From an uncultured Candidatus Saccharibacteria bacterium (GTDB taxonomy: Bacteria; Patescibacteriota; Minisyncoccia; 2-02-FULL-40-12; GWA2-44-9), in NCBI GenBank assembly GCA_964436165.1, contig CAYTBY010000001.1:6777-70776 (forward strand): a stretch of 64,000 nt of DNA, written 5' to 3'. The translations under genes were made by a program, and so were the position numbers. Of this stretch, positions 10,109 through 19,635 are shown piece by piece. Under the pieces are notes generated by a model that was given only the letters and a program-made list of their open reading frames with translations, was not told the DNA's origin and did not search any database. The first letter of the stretch is position 1. Every line of letters starts with the position of its first letter.

Positions 10109-11059
10109 CTACTTAACAAAAAACTCATTATTGTCTTTGTATATTTTACGGATTTGTTCCACCGTCCCTTGGCTTAGAGGCGGTAAATTTGAGACAACAG
10201 TATTTTCTAAAACATCACTTACCGTAAGCAGGCCGGGGATGACAGTGCTTACTCCGTCAGCACTTAAGCAATAACGCAAGGCCAACATGGCTAACGGATG
10301 TTCTGGGTCAACTTCTGATAGTAACCGAGCGGCTTTTTGCCAGGACTCCCTCTGTTTCATCGGCCAAACCGATCTGTGGTCCTGCGGACCAAAGTTCAGA
10401 TCCATAGTTTTTCCATTATCGGTAAGAAAGCCGAAATTTAAGGGCGTGCGTGCAATAATTCCTACGCCTTGATTCCTAGCCTTTTCTATGAGGCCGTTAT
10501 CAATCGCTCTCTGGTCAATCATGCTTAGGTTGGCCTGGATAGAAGCAAATAGGCTGTATTTTAGCGCTAGAAGACCCTGATTAGGATGTTTAACCGAAAC
10601 ACCGAAAGCTTTGACCAGTCCTCGGGTTTTTAATTCCAGCAAGGCGTCAACGATGTCGTCCATGGGCAAATTTTGAATGTCCGGATTATGAAGCTGGTAA
10701 AGATCGACATAACCTGTTCCTAGATTCTCCAGACTTCTTTGAAGGGTGGCGGTAATATTTTGTCTCGAAAAATTTTGGGGAGTGTGGTGTTCCAGAAATC
10801 CAACCTTGGTGCCGATGACTACTTGGCCGCGGCAGTGCCTAAAGGTCTTTCCAATGAGGTTTTCGCTATGGCCATAGACTCCGGCAGTATCGTAGTAAGT
10901 TACTCCCTGATCAAACGCCTTTTCCAGGGTTTTTTGAGATTCGTTGTCGTCGGTCGGTCCGTAAGAGGTAGGACCGGGAGTTACACCGCCGATGCCCCAA
11001 CCGCCAAATCCGATTTCTGATACCATAATCCCGGTTGATCCGAAAGGACGATATTTCAT
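10109..11059 (-). CDS. Aldo/keto reductase
   Basis: VSEIGFGGWGIGG, YDTAGVYG, GTKVG, SLENLGTGYVDLYQLHNP. Confidence 0.9.
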   Translation of the reverse strand: MKYRPFGSTGIMVSEIGFGGWGIGGVTPGPTSYGPTDDNESQKTLEKAFDQGVTYYDTAGVYGHSENLIGKTFRHCRGQVVIGTKVGFLEHHTPQNFSRQNITATLQRSLENLGTGYVDLYQLHNPDIQNLPMDDIVDALLELKTRGLVKAFGVSVKHPNQGLLALKYSLFASIQANLSMIDQRAIDNGLIEKARNQGVGIIARTPLNFGFLTDNGKTMDLNFGPQDHRSVWPMKQRESWQKAARLLSEVDPEHPLAMLALRYCLSADGVSTVIPGLLTVSDVLENTVVSNLPPLSQGTVEQIRKIYKDNNEFFVK

Positions 11060-11859
11060 GCGATTCTCGCTTTGGAATTTCCACCATCAAGTAAAATCCA
11101 TTGTCCGGTAACAAAGTTAGCTTGTTTGGAAGCAAGGAAAACCGTCCAGTTTGCGGCATCTTCCTCCGTGCCCTGTCTGCCCATTGGAATTTTACTCACG
11201 ACTTCTTTCGTCATGATCTCGCGCGCTTCCGCAACCGAGATATTCTTAGTTTGCGCCCGATCCCTGACGTCTCTCTCCCAGGTATCACAAGTTAATGAGT
11301 GGGGTGCAATTGCATTGACACAGATGCCCTTGGGCGCAAGTTCGTTGGACCAACGTTTATTTAAGAAATCCATAGCCGATTTAGCGGCGCCGTAGTGAGG
11401 ATTGTTCCAGCCTGGTTCGCGGGTGCATTTTGTGCTGACATTTATAATTCTTGCTTGATCAGATTTTTCTAAGAGTGGGATGCTAAATTCAGTGAACCAC
11501 TGCATACTCAGAGTATTTAATTTATACATATTGATCCATTGTTCTTCGGTAAGGCCATAAAGCTGAAGTGGTTTTTCGGTACCGCCACCGATGTTGTTCA
11601 CGAGGATATCGAGTTTGTCGATGTTGCCCAGGAATCCTCGAACCTCTTCACGGTTTGTTCCATCAACACACTTGGAATGAACACTGCCTTCGAAGCCCAT
11701 GGCAGCAATTTCTTTATGGGTTCTCTTAAGTTTTTCAAGCCCCCTGGCGCATAAAATTATATCGCAGCCCTCTTTAGCTAAAGCGATTGCGCATGTCTTG
11801 CCTATACTTTGGCTTGAGCCGGTAATAAGAGCTGTCCTACCTTTTAGTCCAAGATCCAT
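11056..11859 (-). CDS. Classical short-chain dehydrogenase/reductase
   Basis: ITGSSQSIG, LVNNIGG, YGAAK, FVTGQWILLDGG. Confidence 0.9.
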   Translation of the reverse strand: MDLGLKGRTALITGSSQSIGKTCAIALAKEGCDIILCARGLEKLKRTHKEIAAMGFEGSVHSKCVDGTNREEVRGFLGNIDKLDILVNNIGGGTEKPLQLYGLTEEQWINMYKLNTLSMQWFTEFSIPLLEKSDQARIINVSTKCTREPGWNNPHYGAAKSAMDFLNKRWSNELAPKGICVNAIAPHSLTCDTWERDVRDRAQTKNISVAEAREIMTKEVVSKIPMGRQGTEEDAANWTVFLASKQANFVTGQWILLDGGNSKARIA

Positions 11860-11918
11860 TTTTCCCCTCTTTTCAAAGTTCTTGGCGCGTATTGTATTTT
11901 ATTTATTACAATATGTCA

Positions 11919-12000
11919 ATCCCGTTAGAGGTCCGGCCTGCCTGAAAGGCATGGCCGGCAGACGATCCGTCAAAGGCGGACGTCTTACCTCTAACGGGAT
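11919..12000. mobile_element. 82-bp MITE-like element with 14-bp terminal inverted repeats and two internal hairpins
   Basis: atcccgttagaggt ... acctctaacgggat enclosing ccggcc-tgcctgaaaggca-tggccgg and agacgatccgtc-aaa-ggcggacgtct. Confidence 0.6.
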
Positions 12001-12018
12001 CAAGTAAAAAAGGCCCTT

Positions 12019-12951
12019 TCAGGCCTTTCGATATAAATCCATAATTTGTTGAGCTACTGCTTCCGCATTTAATTTATAACAGCCCAGCATGTATTGATGG
12101 CTACCGGTGCGGTGATTGTATTCGTCAGGAATGCCCAGGCATCTGAAAAGCGGTTTTTTCTTGTAGTCATATTCACAAATAATCCTAGCGATACTTTCTC
12201 CTAGTCCACCGATGACATTGTGTTCTTCTAAGACAAATATCATATTTCTTGTTCGAACCGATTTTTCAATAAGCTCCTTGTCCAGCGGCTTTATTGTATG
12301 AATATTTATTACTTCTGTGCTAATTCCATGCTGTTCAAGAATATCACTGGCAGAAACAGCTTCTCTGACCATTGTGCCTGTAGCAAAGATTGTTATATTT
12401 TCTCCATGTTTAACAACTAATCCTTTACCGATTTCGAGACTATATTCTTTTTCGGCATTCGGTTCTCCGCCCTTGCCGATTCGCAGGTAGGCAGGATGAG
12501 ATGCGGTCAGAATGTATTTCGTGATTAACCGTGCTTCAAGCGGGTTCGAGGGGGAGTATATATGCATGTTTGGCAATGCTTTCATTGCGGCAATATCTTC
12601 AATGGCATGATGAGTGCAACCGCAAGTCGAATAAGCATAACCGGCGGCTACTCCGATAACCACAACCCCGACATTTTGATAACAGACATCTACTTTAATC
12701 TGTTCAAGACATCGCAGTGTGGCAAATGGGGCAATGGAATAAACAAAAACTCTATTTCCAGAAAGGGCAAGACCGGCGGCAATACTAATCATATTCTGTT
12801 CAGCGATGCCGACGTTTACATACTGATATTTATCTTGCAAGTTTTTTCTGAAATCATCCAAGTGAGCATGACCCAGGTCGCCAGTTAAAAATACAATCTT
12901 GGGATCGGCAAGCGCGGCTTGGTAGATTGTCTTTATTACTTCAAATCTCAT
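12019..12951 (-). CDS. Transketolase C-terminal subunit (split transketolase)
   Basis: LTGDLG, NVGIAEQN, THHAIED, YLRIGK, TIKPLD, EEHNVIGGLG. Confidence 0.9.
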   Translation of the reverse strand: MRFEVIKTIYQAALADPKIVFLTGDLGHAHLDDFRKNLQDKYQYVNVGIAEQNMISIAAGLALSGNRVFVYSIAPFATLRCLEQIKVDVCYQNVGVVVIGVAAGYAYSTCGCTHHAIEDIAAMKALPNMHIYSPSNPLEARLITKYILTASHPAYLRIGKGGEPNAEKEYSLEIGKGLVVKHGENITIFATGTMVREAVSASDILEQHGISTEVINIHTIKPLDKELIEKSVRTRNMIFVLEEHNVIGGLGESIARIICEYDYKKKPLFRCLGIPDEYNHRTGSHQYMLGCYKLNAEAVAQQIMDLYRKA

Positions 12952-13763
12952 TGGACACCCCCATTCAACTCTTTTTTAGCCCTCTCGTATTCTTCCGGGC
13001 TTGGGCATTTGCCATGCCAGATATAATCGTCTTCCATGAATGGGACACCCTTACCCTTTATTGTCTGGGCAATTATCGCCAGAGGATTTCTCTCTCTATC
13101 CAAAGCCTCTTTTATCTGGGGGAAAGAGTGGCCGTCTATTTTTTTTACTTGCCAGCCAAAACTCTCGAACTTTTTATCTAGCGGTTCTATGCTTAGAATC
13201 TTATCTGTCTGTCCTAGCGTCTCAAGATTATTATTATCAATAATCAAGACAAGATTGCTAAGTTTATGGAATCCGGCGAACATTAACGCTTCCCAGTTTG
13301 AACCTTCCTGAAGCTCGCCATCGCCCGCAAGAACAAATACTCTTGATGACTTTCCGGCTTTCTTGGCGGCTAAAGCCATGCCAATACCAACCGATAAGCC
13401 ATGGCCAAGGGAGCCATTGGTTGTTTCAACTCCGGGCAAAGCACCACGGGTATTGTGGTCACCGATCGGAGTGCCGTCGCTGCCATATTCCCTCAGTTTC
13501 TCCAATGGAAAATAACCCCTCATTGCCAAAATCGCATACAATGCCACACAAGCGTGGCCTTTGCTTAAAATAAATTTATCCCTGTCTTCCCAATTAGGAT
13601 TTGAAGGATTGATTTTCATGAGGTCTCCGAAATATAGCGCAGTTAATATGTCGACTATAGAAAGAGCGCAGCCAAGATGGGACGACTTAGCTTCAAATAT
13701 CATGTCCAGTATCAGATGTCGGGCCGTTCTTGCCTGTTTGGTCAGGTAGGTATTATTTGTCAT
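12948..13763 (-). CDS. Transketolase N-terminal TPP-binding subunit
   Basis: DRDKFILSKGH, GSLGHG, GDGELQEGSNWEA, TIKGKG. Start placed at ATG 13763, which has a promoter and GGGG SD. Confidence 0.9.
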   Translation of the reverse strand: MTNNTYLTKQARTARHLILDMIFEAKSSHLGCALSIVDILTALYFGDLMKINPSNPNWEDRDKFILSKGHACVALYAILAMRGYFPLEKLREYGSDGTPIGDHNTRGALPGVETTNGSLGHGLSVGIGMALAAKKAGKSSRVFVLAGDGELQEGSNWEALMFAGFHKLSNLVLIIDNNNLETLGQTDKILSIEPLDKKFESFGWQVKKIDGHSFPQIKEALDRERNPLAIIAQTIKGKGVPFMEDDYIWHGKCPSPEEYERAKKELNGGVQ

Positions 13764-13841
13764 TTTACCCCTTGTTTTTTTAACGAACATGTTTAGAAGA
13801 CTATACAACCATATTTTTATCCAGTCAATGAGCGGAGTTGA

Positions 13842-13972
13842 CCCCGCACTTATCAAGCTTTGGCGGTTTGATATTTCTTGATGATGATGGTTTATAAATT
13901 ATTATGATTCTATTAGTAATTATTTGTTTAGCTTATGACCGCGAGGAAATATAAGCTCGATAAGTGACGGGG
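13842..13972. repeat. Element with imperfect ~20-bp terminal inverted repeats
   Basis: ccccgcacttatcaagctt ... aagctcgataagtgacgggg, flanked by TTGA on both sides. Confidence 0.5.
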
Positions 13973-14032
13973 TTGATTCTTGGCTTTAATTTGATACCAT
14001 AACCCAAGTCCTATTAAGAAAGGAGTTGGTAG

Positions 14033-14731
14033 GTGGAGAAAATTTCATACAAAACAGTTAGTTATAAAAACATAAAAGTAAATTATTTGCCTGAACTTGA
14101 GGGCGGAGGCAGGGGATTTGGGCAAGAGTATATTCGTGTTATTAGGGAAAAAGTTGGAAAAGTTGACCATGTTTTTGAATTTTGCGCCGGGCCGGGATTT
14201 ATAGGTTTTTCTTTACTGGCGCAGGGGCTTTGTAATAGATTGACATTAGCGGATATTAACCCGGAAGCGGTAGGGGCCTGTCAAAAAACCATAGAGGATA
14301 ACGACCTTGAAGACAGAGTCTCTGTTTACTTGTCTGATTGTCTAGACTCAATTCCTGTATCGGAAAAATGGGATTTAGTGGTAAGTAATCCCCCTCATTT
14401 TTGGACCGGATCAGAGGAAGTTCATAAACAGGATATTCGTACGTATGATATTGATTTTAGAGTTCATAGAAAATTTTACCAGGATATTAAGAAATTTCTT
14501 AAACCCGATGGCTCGGTTATAATTCAAGAAAATGGAAATGTTAACCGGCCAGGCTTTACAAGGCTTGAAGATTTTACTTCTATGATCGGGGAAGGAGGTC
14601 TGGAAATTGTGGAAGTTTTTTACGCCAGAGTTATGTCTGTTGAAGAGTGTCTTGGCGGAGGAGGAAGGATGGGGATGGATACTCAACAATCCCAGTTCTA
14701 TTTTATTTGGAGCAAAATAAAAACCGCCTAA
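14033..14731 (+). CDS. Class I SAM-dependent methyltransferase
   Basis: FEFCAGPGFIG, ADIN, VVSNPPH; GTG start with AAGGAG. Confidence 0.85.
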   Translation: MEKISYKTVSYKNIKVNYLPELEGGGRGFGQEYIRVIREKVGKVDHVFEFCAGPGFIGFSLLAQGLCNRLTLADINPEAVGACQKTIEDNDLEDRVSVYLSDCLDSIPVSEKWDLVVSNPPHFWTGSEEVHKQDIRTYDIDFRVHRKFYQDIKKFLKPDGSVIIQENGNVNRPGFTRLEDFTSMIGEGGLEIVEVFYARVMSVEECLGGGGRMGMDTQQSQFYFIWSKIKTA

Positions 14732-14744
14732 ACATGGCGGTTTT
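14720..14744. terminator. Bidirectional terminator
   Basis: aaaaccgcc-taaacat-ggcggtttt between convergent genes. Confidence 0.65.
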
Positions 14745-15693
14745 AACTTAAAACAGTTTTTCGTGATATTTCAGAAATGCCCCAAGATTTGTGCGGATCC
14801 GCATTTTCTAGCGTGATCGGGTCGTTAATTGACGACTTAAACGTGATTAATTCTTCTCTGCCGATGTGGCAGAACCTATCATAACTTAACCGAGGATGGG
14901 TGGGATGATACAGTTCGCCGCCCCCGATATTCGCAAAAGAAAGATGGTCAATTGATACGCGCGGTCCGGCGTTCTCCTTAAGGTTTGATTTATGTATTAC
15001 AGAAATGTCGGAAAGATATGTAAAACCAGGTTCAGAGGATTCAAAAACAGGAATCGGGTCGTAGTAGCTAAAATATTCAGCCCCATCGAGAAACTTCAAA
15101 ATCTTTAGCCACCTATCGGAAAAGTTATCCGGTGGTGCATAGTAAGCGCAATTATTATCTTTAGTATCGCCGAAAATAGGCGTAATCGTATTCATACTAT
15201 GAGGCGACTCACCTAGCCAGGCATCAGAATGGGGATTTTCTGTTGAATAAGTTTTTGCCGAATTCTCACTGTTTGCCCATTTGCTTTTCGTCCACTCATC
15301 CTTGTGCCGGATAGTAGTTAGGGCGTAAAAACTGGCTATTAAACCGGTGAAGTTAAAACTCCTCATTATATCCCCGTAAGCTCTGTGAATCATATTATAT
15401 TCTAGAGTCAATTCGCGTTTAGGCAAAAGACAGCCATTATTGTTCTTGTTTTTTAACTCTGCTGATCTTTTGCTGAATTCGGCCATAATATCAGATTCAG
15501 CGGTAAGTACTTTTCTGCTTGGCAAGCATCGAGACATATAAAGCGCCACCGCACATCTTAAGGAATCAAATAGGTCGGGCTGTATTTTTAGTTTAAGAAT
15601 AAGCGGCGAAGGTCTTGCGCAGTCCGTTCTCGAAGCTAATTCGTCAAATCTGGCAATGCGTTTTTTGAGGTCTTCGGTCATTTTTCCTCCCAT
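14743..15693 (-). CDS. Hypothetical protein, possible 2OG-Fe(II) oxygenase fold
   Basis: PHSDAW (HxD) ... IHKS ... PRVSID (RxS) in the expected order. Confidence 0.45.
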   Translation of the reverse strand: MGGKMTEDLKKRIARFDELASRTDCARPSPLILKLKIQPDLFDSLRCAVALYMSRCLPSRKVLTAESDIMAEFSKRSAELKNKNNNGCLLPKRELTLEYNMIHRAYGDIMRSFNFTGLIASFYALTTIRHKDEWTKSKWANSENSAKTYSTENPHSDAWLGESPHSMNTITPIFGDTKDNNCAYYAPPDNFSDRWLKILKFLDGAEYFSYYDPIPVFESSEPGFTYLSDISVIHKSNLKENAGPRVSIDHLSFANIGGGELYHPTHPRLSYDRFCHIGREELITFKSSINDPITLENADPHKSWGISEISRKTVLS

Positions 15694-16253
15694 GAGATTG
15701 CTTCACGAGTTCGGAGACTGTCGTCTGTTTCCTCCGGATCATGTCTAAAAATATATAACTGACCATCGCGGGTATCAAAGTAAACGGCTGGAACATATCC
15801 CCTAAAATCCCGAGTGGCATCACAGCGAGTAATATTTACAACATCCAGGTATTGACCGTCTGTCATCCAGGTAAACCACCTGCCCAACAAGAGGCGTTCA
15901 ATTAGCGTACTCCCATTGATGCCATCGGATTGGATATGGTTAGCTGATTTGTTTTTATATTTTTCCTCCGGCTCAACCCCATCACGAAACCAGGTTGTAT
16001 AGGTGCCTTTGTCAGCCGACCTAACCGATTTAGTAATTAAGTCTATATTATCATTCGTCCATCGCCAGACTGGGCATATGTCAGAGTAGCTGCAGATGAT
16101 TTGTTCAATCGTCAATGATTGGGGCATAACTACTCCCCAGCGAAAATCTGGGTGAGTTTTTGGAATTTTGATTGTGTCTTGAGCCGGCAAGCCTATCTTA
16201 AAAACTTCCCATAAAAATTTAGTCTGATTATCAAGGAATATTTCGATGTCCAA
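15678..16253 (-). CDS. Hypothetical protein
   Basis: 191-aa ORF, TTG start with GAGGGGG SD and upstream TTGACT-17-TACTAT promoter. Confidence 0.6.
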   Translation of the reverse strand: MDIEIFLDNQTKFLWEVFKIGLPAQDTIKIPKTHPDFRWGVVMPQSLTIEQIICSYSDICPVWRWTNDNIDLITKSVRSADKGTYTTWFRDGVEPEEKYKNKSANHIQSDGINGSTLIERLLLGRWFTWMTDGQYLDVVNITRCDATRDFRGYVPAVYFDTRDGQLYIFRHDPEETDDSLRTREAISWEEK

Positions 16254-16315
16254 GACCCCCTCACTTTGTTAATGTTCTATCCTCAATAGTATGAGCTTTA
16301 TTTTAAAAGTCAAAT

Positions 16316-16478
16316 TAGGACTTACGCGCTTGGGCTTTAAGAGCCCCAAAGCCAGCAAGCCCTAAAGGGTTTGGCCAATTTCTTCGTTAAAATCTCCGCT
16401 TAATCCTCGCCATACTTCTAGTATGGCTCGGCTTAATGCTCGATTTTGCCTCGAACTTGGCCAAACGCGTAAGTCCTA
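16316..16478 (-). mobile_element. Structured MITE-like repeat, copy 1 (opposite orientation to copies 2 and 3)
   Basis: Terminal inverted repeats TAGGACTTACGCG...CGCGTAAGTCCTA; nested internal stems. Confidence 0.8.
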
Positions 16479-16487
16479 CTTCTAATT

Positions 16488-16509
16488 AAAAATCCCCGTA
16501 TAGGGGATT
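16488..16509 (-). terminator. Rho-independent terminator
   Basis: aaaaatcccc-gtata-ggggatt at the stop of the radical SAM gene. Confidence 0.55.
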
Positions 16510-18580
16510 AAAAATGTCCGGCGATTTGAACAACGGCCTTACTGCCGTAAAGATAGGCACTTCTTTTACTGCCATACCAGACAACAAATCGGCACCAATC
16601 TTCCCAAGAATTCCATTGATCGGTATTGTAATCGATTGTAATCACCGATCCCCGTTTTTCCAACTGGATTGGTTCAGATCTAACCGCTGCTTTATAAAAT
16701 TCCCAAATATTATATGTTAGCGGCACTTCACGGTTACCGGTACGGAAAGGAAGTTTGAGCATATGTTCATTAAGTTCCACGGCTTCTCTTATCGCATCCC
16801 GATATTCACTCTTACCGTATCTGTCTAATAAAGATTCCAAGGCGCGATATGCTTCTTGGTAGAATGCAGAAAGATTCCCGTTAGTCGCGAGGTCTATTAG
16901 CATATATTCATCGGAGGGCCACCACATGTCAAGCCATTGGCTTGAATGGCAGAACTCTTCACCGCCCAGCTGAATTGACTGCGCTTTCTCAATAAAGAAC
17001 TGGTGAATTTTGTTAAGAATAGGGAAGTCAGCAGGTTGGCCAAACTGTCCTTCGGAAAAAAGCTCAATGAGTTTACTGTAACTTGCGCCGGTAAGCTCAT
17101 GGGTTAGGACCATCGGAATTTGAAATACTTTGTCAAAATGTAAAAATGCTGCGGTCCAGCTGAATGCGCGGACACGGACCCAATCTTCGCGCGGCATGGA
17201 TTTAGTGGTAATAACCATTTCTTGGTATTCAGGAACATCGTTTTCAATCTCTTTCCGGTTACCATGAATGTTAATTGTGCGTGCTTCAACCGTCTCCATG
17301 CCGAACTTTTCCCGATAGCTGGGATCAGCCATTTCAGCATTGGGTAAAATGGTTAAAATATAGAATAAAATTCTATCATGTAATCCGTTTCTGATGAGTT
17401 GATCTACGCCGTTGGTAAATGAGTCGTATGTTTCTCCCGGTAATCCGAGGACGATATCGGTAAAAGATGACACGCCATCGAGTTTCATTCTCTGCTGAAT
17501 TTCCTGATATGAGTCAAGACTGATGTTGTCCCGCTTGATATCTCTAAGAGTTCCAGGATCCATTGATTGCATTGAGAGCGAGGCTCCGGCAGCAAGTCCG
17601 GCTTCAGCAAAAATTTTCTGTACTTCATAAGAACGATCGGTTGCATTTTTCGTGTTTGAAACGGTAATTGAAGTCGGATAGCCGGTTCGTTTTCGAGTTT
17701 CAGCGCAGTATCTGGCTATATCAATATCTCGGGGAAGAATTCCTAAGTTTGCGTCAGCTAAGAAAATAAATTCAACTTTGTGATCTGCGAACCAATCCAT
17801 TTCTCTATATACTCGTTCCATCTCCCATTTATAAACCTTGGATGCTATCGCGGAACCCCAATCGCAAAATGTGCATGAAAATGGACAACCGCGATTTGTT
17901 TCCCAAACAGTAATCCATTTGATGTCGGGATTAGCCTTGATTATAGGTTCAAAAGTGCCCTCAAGGTATGGTGAAGGTAGTTCGTCAAGCTCTTTAAGAC
18001 GGGCGATTCTTTCGGTCTGAACAATGTATCTATCCTTATCTAAATAACTGATTGACGGAATCTTTCCCCAGTCCCCATATATATTTTCCAGGAGCAGTGA
18101 AAAAGGTCTTTCGCCCTCACCATGGCAAGCGATATCAATATAAGAGTTATCTCGTAAGTAGGCCTCTGTTCTTGCTAATGCGGGATCGCTTGAGTTTGGT
18201 TGATTTTTTTTCAAACTGCTAATCGTAATCGGAAGCTGTTTATTTTGTATGTGTGATTTATATTTATCCGGCACATGGGGCCCGCCTACCACAATAACAA
18301 TGTTCGGCTTTCTTGCCTTTAGCTCTTTGGCTATTGCAAGAGATAACTGATTATTCCAGACATAAAGACTGAAGCATGCGATATTGGAAGATATTAATTT
18401 TTTGACAGCTGAATCTACCGATTCTCGCGTAAAAATCGGAGAAAGGAATTGAAACCTGTCAATATTGGGAAGATTTTTACGCGCGTATGCTTCCAGAAGC
18501 CCAACGGAATACGGCAAATAGCTTGCTCCGGAAAAACCGGCGTTTATTTGGCATAAACCGACGGTAATTTTTTGATTCAT
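16508..18580 (-). CDS. Cobalamin-binding radical SAM protein (paralog 2)
   Basis: VGGPH, HGEGE, WETNRGCPFSCTFCDWG, DANLG, LGLPGETY; colinear with 7809-9956, both ending IAGH(H/F). Confidence 0.85.
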   Translation of the reverse strand: MNQKITVGLCQINAGFSGASYLPYSVGLLEAYARKNLPNIDRFQFLSPIFTRESVDSAVKKLISSNIACFSLYVWNNQLSLAIAKELKARKPNIVIVVGGPHVPDKYKSHIQNKQLPITISSLKKNQPNSSDPALARTEAYLRDNSYIDIACHGEGERPFSLLLENIYGDWGKIPSISYLDKDRYIVQTERIARLKELDELPSPYLEGTFEPIIKANPDIKWITVWETNRGCPFSCTFCDWGSAIASKVYKWEMERVYREMDWFADHKVEFIFLADANLGILPRDIDIARYCAETRKRTGYPTSITVSNTKNATDRSYEVQKIFAEAGLAAGASLSMQSMDPGTLRDIKRDNISLDSYQEIQQRMKLDGVSSFTDIVLGLPGETYDSFTNGVDQLIRNGLHDRILFYILTILPNAEMADPSYREKFGMETVEARTINIHGNRKEIENDVPEYQEMVITTKSMPREDWVRVRAFSWTAAFLHFDKVFQIPMVLTHELTGASYSKLIELFSEGQFGQPADFPILNKIHQFFIEKAQSIQLGGEEFCHSSQWLDMWWPSDEYMLIDLATNGNLSAFYQEAYRALESLLDRYGKSEYRDAIREAVELNEHMLKLPFRTGNREVPLTYNIWEFYKAAVRSEPIQLEKRGSVITIDYNTDQWNSWEDWCRFVVWYGSKRSAYLYGSKAVVQIAGHF

Positions 18581-18602
18581 TAATTTTTGCCCATCCTTTA
18601 AA

Positions 18603-18614
18603 TTTTAAAGAGCA
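18603..18614 (-). promoter_or_regulatory. boxA-like element in 5' leader
   Basis: TGCTCTTTAAAA, one mismatch from E. coli rrn boxA TGCTCTTTAACA, lying between the -10 and the AAGGA SD. Confidence 0.6.
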
Positions 18615-18663
18615 ATTTGTAGTACTTATAACACATATCATATAACTCGTCTATAAAGGGCAT

Positions 18664-18686
18664 AAAAAAGAGCCTCCTCGGCTCTT
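18664..18686 (-). terminator. Rho-independent terminator
   Basis: aaaaaagagcc-tcctc-ggctctt. Confidence 0.6.
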
Positions 18687-19635
18687 AAGTGTTTGTATAC
18701 TTATTGTTTCTGATAACCTGATATCCCTTGATTAGTTCTACAATCCCATCCCGTAACGATATTTGGGGCTTAAATCCGGTACTTTCTATCTTTTCGTTGC
18801 TTACAATGTAATTACGTTTATCCGGGTCTTCTCCGATGGACGCTTCGTGAAAATAAAAAGAGGGAATTTGTTTTTGTATTTCCTGGCATAGTTCAAGCTT
18901 GCTAAGATTGGCATTGCTTAAGCCGACATTGTATACTTGATTTTTCATTTGATCGAAGTTCTTGATGCAATGCAGGAACGCCCTGGCTACATCTCGGACA
19001 TGGATATAGTTTCTTTTGAAATGAGCCTCAAAGAGAACTAAGTAGCGGTCATTTAATGCACGATATACAAAATCATTGACAAGAAGGTCAAGCCGCATTC
19101 GAGGGCTTATTCCGAATACCGTGGCTAGGCGCAGTACGATTGAATTACCCCTCTCTAATACTAATTTTTCTGCTTCAACTTTTTGGCGGCCGTAAAGAGA
19201 GATCGGGTTAAGAGGAGCCTCCTCTGTGCAGTAAATACTGTCTTGACCTATGCCATAACCACTGTTGGTATTCGGGAAGATTACTTTTGGCGTCGAATCT
19301 TCAACCCATTTTTGGCATACTTCCACTACGCCGCCGATATTGACCGTGGTAGAAGTTACGGGATCTTTATCGCAAGCGGATGCTCCGACAATAGCGGCAA
19401 GAGGAAAAACATACTCGGGTTTATAATCTTTAAAAATTTTATCTATTAATTTCTCATCCCTTGTGTCGCCTCGGATTAGATTGAACCTATCAGGATAAGA
19501 GAAACATTCCAGAAGAGTGGTCTGACCATACATGAAATTATCTAATACGATTACCTCGTGGCCTTCATTAAGAAGTGTCGGTACTAAAACAGAACCGATA
19601 TATCCGGCACCGCCGGTGACTAGGATTTTAGACAT
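18685..19635 (-). CDS. NAD-dependent epimerase/dehydratase
   Basis: VTGGAGYIGS, SLYGRQK, RLATVFGISPRMRLDLLVN. Confidence 0.88.
   Translation of the reverse strand: MSKILVTGGAGYIGSVLVPTLLNEGHEVIVLDNFMYGQTTLLECFSYPDRFNLIRGDTRDEKLIDKIFKDYKPEYVFPLAAIVGASACDKDPVTSTTVNIGGVVEVCQKWVEDSTPKVIFPNTNSGYGIGQDSIYCTEEAPLNPISLYGRQKVEAEKLVLERGNSIVLRLATVFGISPRMRLDLLVNDFVYRALNDRYLVLFEAHFKRNYIHVRDVARAFLHCIKNFDQMKNQVYNVGLSNANLSKLELCQEIQKQIPSFYFHEASIGEDPDKRNYIVSNEKIESTGFKPQISLRDGIVELIKGYQVIRNNKYTNT

Noticed and set aside
13764-13856. N-terminal extension of transketolase N subunit
   Set aside because: It spans the gene's own predicted promoter and leader; ATG 13763 has an SD.
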